Assembly (NCBI GenBank): GCA_903813345.2
Contig: CAIIXF020000001.1
Location: 30,256,001 to 30,320,000, forward strand
Length of the DNA stretch: 64,000 nt
Source of the DNA: Owenia fusiformis
Lineage: Eukaryota
Direction: 5' to 3'
The notes below the pieces were generated by a model that ran no database searches, was not told where the DNA came from, and saw only the letters and a list, made by a program, of their open reading frames with translations. The position numbers and the translations under genes are program-made. Of the stretch, positions 1 to 13,200 are shown in pieces (the stretch's first letter is position 1; each line of letters opens with the position of its first letter).

Positions 1-790
1 TATTATGTAATGACATCCACTTGAATAGCTTAAAATAAATTGAAAGAATTCCTCTTGGCATTCAGGCAGAGGTAAAGCATAATAAATATATCAACAATAT
101 TATGTCAGTCATTGGTTTCAAATATATTTCAAATATAAAATATATATGAAGTATAAACAATTCTGAAATAGATTTGCTTAAAAGCATCATTATAAGATCA
201 TAATGAGATCCCCAGTATGCCTAACTAGTAATTGTGAAAGTAAAAATGTCTGAAATGTTGTTAAACACTTCTGATTTGAGGGGACTGTACTTGGTAGTGT
301 TTGATTGCTACTACATGTATTTCATTTATGCATTCTACTGCAGCCTTAACCATTGTAGTATTACAAGAATGGCCTCTGTTTGGTGATTGACATGTATACA
401 ATGAAACTATATTCAGTCATAATGTTATATAGTCAATATAGAATCTGTGGAACTGGTTAAAATGATCTAACAATGCAATTTCTCTATATATAAATCTTCA
501 TATGGTGCTATCCTGTGGGGTGTGAATATGTTCTTTTTTCTCATGTTATATTGTGATATGACTGAAATCTGTGTAAAATACAATTCCTCTCTGGCTACAT
601 TAGGAGCAGAAAGTGCAGCATTTTGATCAATATAAACACAACATATGTGTAGTTCATTTTGTTTAGATCTCATTCACAAGAATATTCAGAGCTACATTCT
701 ATTTCCATTTTCTTTCTTCATGACGGTTAAGAAATAAAGAGAAGTCTTGAGTAATGAAGTATGAAACCATGGTTTGACGTTTTATGCTAA

Positions 791-946
791 AGGCCCATAG
801 CCAGGATTTGTCAAAGGGGTTCACTTTCTGAAAAATTCCAGGGGGGTTCACTTTTGAAAATAACTTTAAAAGTGCTCAGAATGGTGAAAAACTGCATGAT
901 ATTGAAAGAATTTTTGGCCATCGAACCCCCCCTGGCTACGGGCCTG
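791..946. mobile_element. MITE of the CAGGCCCGTAGCCAGG-TIR family (copy 1)
   Basis: AGGCCCATAGCCAGG ... CCTGGCTACGGGCCTG; the internal sequence matches the copies at 15.6 kb and 39.1 kb in reverse orientation. Confidence 0.75.
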
Positions 947-3900
947 TAATGGTTACATGTCTGACCATGATCATTGTACTTTGTTCTTCTACAGGGTGTC
1001 TCATAATGACCACCCCCCTTCAATCTGAGGATTGGCTGCTAATATGGGTCAGTCATTATCCATCACCTTGTATAAATGATTTACACTTGAAGGCACAGCT
1101 GTATATTCATCCATTTTTACTAGAAATCCAGATGTTGAAATCATAATTGATAAGTGAAAACTTAACTTGTCTATAAATTCATGTAATACTAAAATGTCTG
1201 CATTCTGTTATGAAAAAATTATAATTGTCATGCTGTATGCCGAAGGGGCTAATAATCTTGGAAATACAATACATATCATGTTATTTCAGATTGACATTTT
1301 TCTGTTCCAAGTTCAAGTGTATGAGATTTTTGTTTAGTGTAATAAACTTTGTTGTTCAAATTAACTGTGAAATGCATGTAGAAAAATATATGCAAAATTG
1401 CATTATGTACAGTATCTGTTAAAAAAGCATATACTTGTTCATATTTGTGTAGTCTTTGTAATAATGTATAGAATATTTGTAAAAATGTTTTTGCTTAATA
1501 GCAATGTTAAATACATCTGATGTTTAATACTGAGATTTTTTTATAAAAAAAAAGTTTAAAACAATTTCAGAATGCTTTGTTTTGTACTTTATGTCAGTGG
1601 CTGCAATTTTAATACCTACAAGTGAATTTATGAATTTTGGATAGGATATTCTATGATTTTGAGTGATATCATTTTTATTCATGAGTATCTGGATGAGTGA
1701 GTGTAGCAAAAGATTGCAGATATTGATATCAATGTGTGGATTAAAAGAATATCACAAAAATTCATAGGACGTTCTATTTATCACATAGTTCACCTACGAA
1801 ACTAAACTACAAGTATTTCAATTTAACATTCATTTATCACATGACGTCATGAAATCACCACTTAACAATACACATCACACTGGTGGGATTTTTCAAATCT
1901 ATGGAAGAAATGATATCCTTGGAATATTCTCCTGATTCCACAGATATCGCTTTTCCCATGGATTTGCAAAATATCATAAATATATTTACATGTCATCATA
2001 CAGATTTGACCTTAACTATGGGATAAACAGTAATATGTTTGAGGAATGTGCATCATCCTATGAACTCAAGGCTATATTTTTCAGAATAAACATTAACAAA
2101 ATAAAAGTATAAGCATTACATGCCTCTCACATTCTACTATATTGAAACAAATCAAATTCTAAACCAACAAACTCTACATGATATTCATTTTGAATTTCTT
2201 GCCAATAATAATGGTGCACATTTTCACCTAGGGACTCTAGACAAACTATCCCATATATCAGCTTCAGTAATCACCGAAATGACTCCTCAATTTTCCAAAG
2301 AACTTCCCTTAAATCAGCTTCAGATTTATTTGCAATGGATGCGACAGATGAACAGAGCAAAAAATATAAAACTTGAAAAATATTTGCATTTCACCTGGAG
2401 AGTTGGAAACCATTTGGTCAAACAGAATAGAAAATAGGTGGTGTGTCGCATGATTGCTCTTTTTTGCCATGTAAATTGAAGGACAACTGCAATACCCAGA
2501 ATGTAGTCAAAAATTCAGTGATGATGCTGTTCTTCTATATCTATGATTAGGTTAGTTAGTTAATTATCAGTAATGATCACATTGGATTAATTGTGAGATT
2601 CCATGTAAATGTGTAGTATTTGAACTACACCTGACCTGGATTCTTGACTGGTTACATAAACTAACGAATTCTACTATAAGTCCTACTACAGTCCTTGTAG
2701 AAATGACAAACAGTAAATAATTTTTTTTGATTCATGAATTTATTTTCATTTTTCACATACTCGATCATATTCATAATTTAATATTTACATACATTTTACA
2801 ATAAAATACTTCAGTTATACAAGTCAAAATGAACATTGCATTTGATTTCCATATCCATGTTCAGCTAGGCAACACTTAAAGGATATTGTCAGATGTTTTA
2901 AATGTGAAGGATTTCTGAAAAAAACCAGCTTGAATTCAGATAATTAATTTAATAATCAGATTAATATAATATCGAAACAATACCCTTTACCTATTTAAAA
3001 TCCATTTCATTTTCACCTGTACAAATAACAATTACATTCACATTTATGTACACAATTCAATTTACGACATAATTTATTATTAATATAATACTGCAATAGT
3101 TTATGGACCATATTATTCCATCTTTACACATTATGCTTTTCCATACATACACATAGACGTTTTACACAATATTACTCCTGTTTGAATTTGTTTGTTTAAA
3201 AAGTTCAGCGTTTATTCAGTACTCAAGCTAAGGATTTAAACCAGCTGGTCAAAATTATGTATCAGCTATGTATCAGCTGGTTTAAAACAGTTTTTCCTAT
3301 ACAATTTATACATACCTTGTATATTTCATAAAATGAAAATATCAGCTAGTCGATACAAAAAGTAAACAAGCTGATAATGACCATCAGACCAGTCCTTAGC
3401 TGAAGCCCTGGTTGTCTTCAAATACATTGTAATTTCGATTCCTATTCATATCACTAAAATTTGTTTCACTTCCTTACCCAAGAAGGCATGTTAGGCATGC
3501 AGTCAAAAATTAGGCTTAGAATGGCAGATAAGCCAATCATTCTTCAGGGCGTTCATCAAGAAGTCATTTCCACTGCTGATTCTTTATTTACTCAAACTCA
3601 TTATGCCCCTTTTAGATTCACTCATTTGAATATTACCTCCAAATGATGAAACACAGTCTTTGATTGGCTAAAGGTTTAAAATACTTAAAGAAAAATAAAA
3701 GTGCTGTCCTACACAAATACTCTGATGAGAGTTCAAGAATGTGGCACAAGGGCTATAAGTACATATTTTGTATAGTAGGAATGGTAGGATCAAAGTTCAC
3801 TTCTTTAAATGTATGGAAACATGAGGCAAACTCCTTCCTGATACAAGCATTAATTGTGTTATCATTGACTTGTGTTCCCATTGAGCCTTGTGGAATGTCC

Positions 3901-4252
3901 GTTGGTATCTTATGGTCTGAAACACATATGATTGTACTCTTAGATATTTTGCAGAGCCGAAGACATTACATGCATTCTACAATTTAACAGAAATAAGCTC
4001 TAAAGATAACTGATTAAACAAGGCATTATCACACAAAAGGGCACCACCTGCCATTTGGTACAGATACCAAATGCTGACTGCTAAACACCAGCCACCAAAC
4101 GATGTGCATTGCCACAAAAAGTTGGAGACTGTAAACTGAAACTTTTGGTTAGTCCCAATGGTATTCAGATTTCAGGTTTTACTGCATATATAAGCTACAT
4201 ACATATTGTATATACTACATAGTGAATTTAAAAGTATTGAAAATACCCCTCC

Positions 4253-7200
4253 TTACCTCCGTCTCCTATTTGCAAGCACCCGTATTATCCAATGTGCGAT
4301 AAATGGCCAGATGACAATGAAAAAAGCAGTACGACCATTAATTTGAGGAAAGGGCCACCAACTGGGAGACTGAAATTAGAAATATATAACATTTAGTATT
4401 TTTATGGTAGGCTGAAAAGCATATGGGATTAAATGCGTAACTGGTACATTGTGGATGTAGGCTTGCATGTAAAACAAGCACTGGTCAAGAATTCTTTCTT
4501 TTAATCAAAAGTACCACATTTACGAGATCATAACCAAAATACATGTATGCTATTTTAATGATATTTCTTTCATTGTGCCTTTTACATAAAAATGTGTAGA
4601 TTATTTTATTTCAATTTCAATTTTGAAACACTCAATTGTAATATTTGAAAGAATAATTGTTGACCCTAAAGCTAAAACGATCAGTCCTACATCCTGGTGC
4701 ATGGATTGAAACAGAGGTTGCGATATGGAAACAACTCAAACCTATCGAGTATTTTATGAATCATAAATTGTGGGTTTACCTGATTTCTTGCTTTCTCTTT
4801 GCGTTCTTTTTCTTTTGCTTGTGTTTGAACAACAGAAAGTGTTTCTAAAGTGTTTAGCCTGGAAAACAAATACAAAGAAATCATTTGGGAATAACTTTCA
4901 TACATAAAATATATAATATTTTATTTTCGAGCAGAATGCAAGCATGCAGAATATGTGCACATTGATTGCAATGCATTAGATAATGAAAAAGAAATAAGTC
5001 ATATATCAATCAATGAGAACATATTGAATATATTCATTTCAAAACATGTTTTTCATAACAATTAGGAGCCATTGCATGTGAGCTATTGATAATAAAAATC
5101 TAATCTCATTTCATAAAAAATGTTGGCATGAGATAAAAAGATGCATACCTGTACTGGTTTAATTTGTATTTCAAAATTAGTTGAGGAATCTTTTACATCT
5201 TTTTATATACCAAAAAATATCAATGTTTCCTTATTATAAAAGCCAAACAATGTCAAAAGGCATTTAAAACATCAAACAGATGCTGCCGAAAGCATTCACA
5301 TTGGAGTATATAAGGAATATACAGTATAGTTTACACTTGGAATTCATTATTTGATTTTAACAGGTAAACTAACCTAGTTAAGACACTGTTCATATCCTGC
5401 TGTAATCTGACTAGGGCTGTGGCTATTTGCTCATTGACATCTACTCTATAATACTGGGGTGGTCCCTGGTCTCTACCCCCTCCAGCACCCCCACTCACTA
5501 ACTGTTGCCGACCTGAGTTGAGGTTTTGTCTTTGTAAAGCTCCACCTATGAAAAAGTAACAAGGTATTAACATGCAAAATGTCACCACCTGCCATTTGTT
5601 TTAGATGCCAACCACCAGATGCTGTTACAAATGTCAAACACTAACCAGCGAACACCAAATGACGAACAATGGCCATGAAAAAGTTGGGAGACACTAACAG
5701 TTTGCTTGATTCCTTCAAAAAAGCTATATTTCAATTCCAGGTGAATCAAATCCTCCTAGATTTAAAAAATATGGTTTAAGTTTTAATCATAACAGATTTC
5801 AATGGAAATATCATTGAGAAAGAGCCTGAATTACTTTATTACCTCTTTGGTTGTATAGATTAGTAGCACCCTCTGCAGGTTGTGTCCTGGAATTGCCTCC
5901 TTCTGCCGCTGTTTCACCACCACCCCGATGTATCATAGGATCACTCGGAACACCATGAATTCCCCCTTTAGGGGCCTCCCCTTCAAACTTGGCATAATTA
6001 TGATCACCAGTTTGGATAACTCCTACTGAACTGTCTGAGCTCCCAGAGGAGCTTGAGTGTCCTGGGCTAGAACTACCCTGTCCTCCAGTTGCTGTATGTG
6101 TAACTGAACTTAACTGGGTTTCAACAGTGATTGGGGAAATTCCCCTTAAATGTACATCAGCTTGTGAAGTAACTGTAGTAGCACCATCTACATAATGTGT
6201 CCCTATTGATGTAAATCCAGAATCTTTGACTGGGGTAGATGAATTGTTGAACTGACTATAATTTGCTGTTGTCTGGAAAACAAGGATCATAAACAACTGA
6301 CACACATGGACAGTTATATAACATTGGAGCATTGACCATTCAATAAACAATATGCTTTTATTCAATCAATTACAGTGGGACCTGTTATACAGGAGGGTTA
6401 AATTGCTTTTGATAAAAACATGGACAAGTAAGGATTTTATGCCTGTGTAACACCTCAAAAATCCTTCACTGTGGAGTTTTTTTTGTCAAAATGCTTCATA
6501 ATGAGGCAATTAAAGATGCTATGTAGGGGGGGGGCTATGTAGCTCTTACCAGTACTTGCTTTACAATATACCCAGAAAACATGAAATGCTTCTTTTATCG
6601 TTCTTTGAAATCAGTAAAATTTCAAATGTCTATAAAAATTTGAATTTATAAAGGAGCCTGGCTGGCTTACTTGATCTTCTGTTGGTTGCTCTGATGTATC
6701 ACAAAACTCCTCTCCATCTGAATCCTGTGGATCAGTCACATGTTCAAAGCCATTCAAATTGATTGGATCTCCATTGACAGTTGGTGGGGCTGATCCAGGT
6801 TTAGCTGGCAGCTGGTATTGAGCAGCTTCAGGGTCAAAAGTAACAGGTTCAAGATTGTAACTAGGGACTCGTTGCAAGTCAGCATGTATGATGTCATGGT
6901 TGTTTTGTATTCCTGAGTCACCAGATGGTGTCCTGTTTCTCCTAAACTCATCTATAAAAATGCACAATTCCTGAAATTTAGTATCTTATAACTCTTTGCA
7001 CTTACCACAATGTGATGGGTATGAAAGATTTGTTCACAATGGGAAAGCAAGCTAAGTTTCTTAAAATACAAAAATCAGTTTTATTTATCTTTTAACATTA
7101 ATGTTTCAATAATAATATTTTACTAGAGATAACTACATCATGCAATGGACAAATCATTTGTATGACCTTCACTTCTCTCAAGTTAACACTATTGAAAACT

Positions 7201-10200
7201 TCATCATGGGATCATACTTAAATACTTATTCAATAGCATTCATAATCTTTAACTAGTTTCTGATAGTAAGCGTAATGTTACAATTGTTTCAAATATAAAC
7301 TATTCTAGATTTTAAAAGTAATCTAACAAGGTGCATATGAAAAATGTATAAATCATTGATGATATCTCTTTAATCATCACATATCTTACATTATGTCCAC
7401 ATACTTAAACTTTTAAACTTTGGACTTCGTCTGGTTAAAATATTGGCACAGAAAGTGTTGACATCAAGCATCACACATTTAGAACTTGTTTTTCAGAAGT
7501 CAAAAGCATTTTTAAACATGAGAAAAATTACTCAAAACAGTAGTGTACCTGGATCAATTTTCTCTATATCATCATCACTACTGCTATTTTGTTGAACAGG
7601 ACTTCCATCTCGTAACTTTTTAAAATATTTGTCTCCATTCCCAGGAAACTTAAGATCCACTAGTTCATAAAAGTCACCAAGTTTATCAATGAAATCACCG
7701 ACATCTTCAGTGTGAGGCATAGTTTCTATAATCTGGAATTATATCACAATCATGTTGAGAAATTATGTTTGTGAAATATGGCATTGATATCTTTCAATCC
7801 TTATGATCAAATAAGTTTTTTTTAACAAAGCTTGTTCTTTTTACAGAAAACTCCAGACTTATTATCAATGGGAACATGATAAATATATACATATACAATG
7901 TACTCGTATGTTGGAACATTTGAAAAATATCAGTATCACAGCTTCATGGGTCATTTTTCATTACAGGTCATTTTCCAGACAAAATATCAAGGCATCACAG
8001 AATAGCATACTTTCTTACCTCTTTTAAACCATCAACATATTTAATCATAGCCTCTTCCTCATCCATCCCTTCAAACTTCATCCAAGCATCCCTGAAAAAC
8101 AACATAATTCTGTATAATATATGAGTGAACACATGTATTTGACGTTCAATACATAAACATGGATACTGCATACGTTTGTATATGAGGCATTTTCACGAAT
8201 AAGTGACACTTTTCGGTATTTTTTTGTAACAGCATCCTTATTTATTCAATTTAAGGTATAAAAGAAAAACAATGCTTTCTAGAAGTTGGTACCATAATGG
8301 TCTTATATGCACATCATGAAAAAATACAATATGTTGTTGCTTATTTTAAAAATCAACAAGTAATGACCCAAAATATGCTGTTTTTTGGTGTAACAAGCAT
8401 TTCACTTAAATTGTGACCATGTTTACATAATCACAGAAGGGCTAATATCATAGATAGATCGACAATTCTAATACCAAGTGGTAGCTAAATCATTTATCTT
8501 TAATATGTTTTTTAAATTGTTTCAAACACTGTCATATAGCCCAAGTTGTAACCGTTTTTATATCATGACTACTCTGCAACACTTTTCCATTTTTTGGAGA
8601 GGTATTTTATGTTTTTTAGCACAGAAAATCTGTAGCTTAGTATTTTCCTTCATATATAATGATTTTGAATAGCTAACATATTCATATATAACTTGTAAAA
8701 AGCTTTTCACTTGGAATTATTTAATTAACAAATAGCGAATAAAAGTTCTGAATCATTTTTTAGGAGTCACAAACCATGAGGTGTCCGTAATGGCAAAGTT
8801 TCTACAATTTACACAGTACTTATACCTTAACTATTCTTATTTTTTAATGAAATGAACACAACTTATCAATCAAATAATAATTTAACAATGATTGACCTTT
8901 TACTTTCTGATCCAGATGCAGATATGGTGTCTGAAATGTAGTGAGGTGTCCGTAATGCTACATGATTTATCAATTCAAATTGTGAAATTAGCTTACTTTA
9001 TCCCAAAAATCACTGTTGAATATTTCCCAAGTGTCTCTCTACATATGTTTATTAAACTTAAACTGGTATTGCCACTGATAATATTTGAACTTTTTTTTTA
9101 CCATAAGCTACGGGGGTCCATTTTACAAACATCAGTACTGATTAAAAATGAGGCAGAAATTAATTAAAATTGATTTTAAATTCCAAGTCTTTACTAGGCA
9201 TATGGAGTCCAAACTAGATTTAGTTTTTTGAAATAAATGGAAACAAATAAAAAGAATAAATAGTTTTTAAAAAACATTACGGACACCTCAAGCCTATTGA
9301 TTTTATGTTTAAAGCAAAAATAACTTATTTTCAAAGCAGTAAATAACCTTTATTAGTAAAAAATGGAGAAAACAAAGTATGCAGAGGAGGAAAAAGATAT
9401 TAGGTTAAAAATACAAACCAGCAAAAGAAAATAAGAGGAAACATGTACTTGAAAGAAAAATTTTAAAATGTTGCACTTAAAAGGCAATATATCTAATAGT
9501 GATATAGAGAATCCAGTCCAAAGATTTCAACGCATTGTTAACATATTCTGAAATGACTCATGAAGTACCAAAAAAGCATTGCATCAAAAAACATGATATT
9601 TGAATTCATATAAACACAATGTAGAGTGGAGATGATGAGTTTTAATCTTTTGTGACAACTAGACCAAAGAACAGCAAGTACCCAAAAACAAAGCAGCAAG
9701 AGTGCTTCAAGTTCATTTTGGATGAAAAGCATAATTCATTTTCAATTTTATATATTTATTTTAAATTGTTTGTGTCATTTGATATCCTACACCTTAAATT
9801 TTGTCGTGTAGTCAATTTTTTACCTTGCCTTGTTCTTTCCTTAAGCTTGTGTTCATTGATTTGAATTGCCTGGTTTGGCGGGTATGTGTCTTGAAGCAAG
9901 ACTAATTTGTTGGACAAAACTAAAAAAGTAATATGGTTCAAATAGAACAATATTACCATATAACATTCTTGTCAAAACATGCCAAATTGCAACACAAACA
10001 AGGATATAGTATTCATTGGTGAACAGAGATATCCATAATGTTTGAGATAAAATGACTATAATTAATTAAATAATTAAATAGGACATCCAAGTGATTTCAC
10101 TTCTTAAATTGTTCAGCCCAGGTACAGATTGTTTTCCTCTTGTTATCTTGCTCAATGTAAAGTATATGCTGTTAAATCATACATTTCTTTGTAAAATTCA

Positions 10201-13200
10201 ATGTATGTCTACATGTTTATCATATACCTAGGCAAAGGGGCTAAATAAAGTTCACTCACCATACGTATTCAATTATTTTGATAAACAATTGTTACGAAAA
10301 GGTTTTGTATATATATATTTTTAAACAAAACTTACTTTTGCGACCTAAAACTGAAAAGAATTTAAAACAAGCAAATTTGAGGTGTCCGTAATGCTGTCTC
10401 TTTCATCATTTAAACATAAATTGACAGATTTTGAAACAAACACAGATAATTCAGTGGATAGCAATTGAAAGACCGTGGAATAATCCACAAAATTGGATAC
10501 TTTTGTTTGGGCTGCAATGTGAATTTATCTAATAATGTGACTTTATTTTGTTAAATCTAATTCATTGGGTGAGGAGGTAGATATGTTCAAAACAAATATT
10601 ACTTTTTCTTCATATTTTGCAACCAGTTGTTTTACAAAATGTGTTATCAATGATATAAGACTTAAAAAAATATGTCAGAAACAAAAATATTCCTGTTTTG
10701 AATGTTGGTTTGTGAGCATATTGAGAGTGAATTGTCCGTAATGCCAATTTCAGTACCTATAAAGATGACAGTATTTTGTAAATTTGCAGATGCGGATACT
10801 TAGGAATTTTTACATCATCAAAAGCCTGACATATGAAAGTGTAAAAATTTTCATAAACAGGAAGGAAAACTTGAAAAAATTTTTTTGACATTTTGAAATG
10901 TAAAAGTGTCACTTATTCGTGAAAATGCCTATGACCAAATAACACGTGAAGGACAACATTGCCAGACTTGCACCAGGATCAGATTATAATTCAGAGGGCT
11001 TGATACAAAATATATTCTCTTAAAAAACTATCTGTTTCTGAGATGACAAAGAAGACAGCTGTTCACTTTTTTCTTGAAATATACTACTTGTTTACCATAT
11101 GTTGAAGTAATATGATTGTACACGCTCTTCATCATTCAAGAGAGGATCTATCTCCAAGAATAGATTAAATCAGACAAAGTTTGATGGCTTCTGCAGTCCT
11201 GTCTTGTTATCTTCAAAGCTACTCAGTATAAAAAATAAATGCCTAATAATAATACTTACCATTTTGCCTTCTTGACCACCTCCCAGAAAGCAGGTTTAGG
11301 TTGAGTACAGTCCCCCTCTGATGCTTGCTTGAAGAGGCCATAGAATCTGAGCATCAAACTGTAGGATGGTTGGTAGGAGCCTGCTGAAACTAGCCACAAT
11401 TACAATAGTGGTCAAGGAAACGAAGCCAATACAACACTGCACAACACACTACAAATCTACATACTCTCAGTTAAAGGTGTGGTTCTAATACTAAAAGCAA
11501 CACAAAATAAGATGTGTTTGAAATTTTTGAAAAGTATCAAAAGTAGCATCAAGAGTGAGATGTAATACTGTAAGCTGTACTGTAAGATGTAGTGAGCATA
11601 CATGAGGCATTCAACTGGGTGGAACAAGTAATAAACGCATTAATCTTACTTCAAAGCAAAGGTCATGATAATTTGCAGAATGTATAGTTTAGTAACTGTA
11701 ACCAGGATTTTGATAGCAGGTATGCAAGGCCGAAGGCCGAGCAAAACTTGGGGGCCCAGGTGCATGTGTCCCCCGGAATTTTTTTGATTTTAGACCAAAA
11801 ACCATGGTGCATTCTGAGCATATCGAACTGTGTAATGGGGCAATACTCCATCATTTAGGGTACACAGCTGCCTATGCCAGGTTGTACCTGGTAACTACAT
11901 GTATCTTGTGCAATATTAATTGAGCATGCAAAACAGCCAAGCTACACCGATAGCAAGGATTGCAACAACACACATTTGGTTACATATAAAAATACATTTA
12001 CAGGAACAATTCTAAAGATAAAACTCTTCTATGATCTGGGATAAGCACACTAAGAAGATGCAACATTTATATTGAACACTGTATTTCAAAGAAAATTAAG
12101 TTGATTTGTGATGACTATGAGAAATATAGACGTTTGATCAGCATCTTTAAAGGCAGAATTAGATCTATAGGGGTGACAAAAGCACATGTTAGCACCTATA
12201 GGGGTAATCTAGCTACCGATTCTCAAATCTGACTTACAAGTAGTTCAACGTTGTTAAACTCAATAACGGCGTTCTTTATTATTAGGAATTTTCTTGGGGC
12301 CGTTATTGAGATCTTGCCGGGGCCATAAGACATATCAGATTAAAAACTAGGCCCAGGCTAGGTCTAATGTTGTTGGACTAACTTACAAGGAGTATTGATA
12401 CAGATCCGTGAGCCCCTAAGCTGCCCTAAGAGTAAACTTTGGGGCCCCACTTCACATGCTATCTATTGCAAGACTAACGCCTGGTGTAACCGTCACCATG
12501 TTATTCGGTGTTTTTTAAGTAGCGCAAGGATCCTGCCATGACCGTGGCAGTGTTATTTTGTAAGCCTGGTATAACCGTGACAACGCTGTATTATATTGCA
12601 AGGCCTGTCATGACCGTGAGTGTTATCGTGGAAGCCTGGTGCGGCCGTAGCATTTACGTTTAATTTAAGAATTTTTTATTGTTGTTTGTTAAGCGATTTG
12701 TTTACTATCCACTTTTAAATATTTGTATATTTTATGTCTCTGGTCTAAATTTTTATTAGCGTGACACAAATAACTTGTCTTATTCTGTGTAAATGATTAA
12801 TTATTTTAGAATATGCGGAAATAATGTGAATATGATGTCTAGTAGTAATTTTGATATTAACATAATTAAGGTAGTTAAACACCATGATCATATAGTGTTA
12901 AACTGTTTAATTGTATCGTATCATTATAATGACGATCACTTAAAATTGTTTAAGGATATTTCTGACATTAATATGATTCATATCTACAGTGCCCTAGTAC
13001 TAGACATTGCAATACATTATCACGGACTAAGCCTAAATTTCTACATGACCACCCACATATGTGGCCTTGCAATACTATATTACATTGTCACGGTCATGGC
13101 AGGCCTTGCAATACTATATTACCTTGTCACTGTCATGCCAGCCTTTGTAATACACAGTGTCACGGTTATAGCAGTAGTCCTAATCATAAATTTCTACATC

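Noticed and set aside
45..1350. Possible last exons of an upstream plus-strand gene (donor GAG|GTAAAG near 71; acceptor TTTGTTCTTCTACAG at 993; AATAAA at 1341)
   Set aside because: Splice-like signals are present, but there is too little coding sequence to recognise a product or fix a frame. It needs upstream sequence or RNA-seq.
3217..3410. Degenerate hAT-like MITE (CAGTACTCAAGCTAAGGA ... TCCTTAGCTGAAGCCCTG)
   Set aside because: The TIR is imperfect and there is no convincing TSD. It is probably real but too decayed to annotate confidently.
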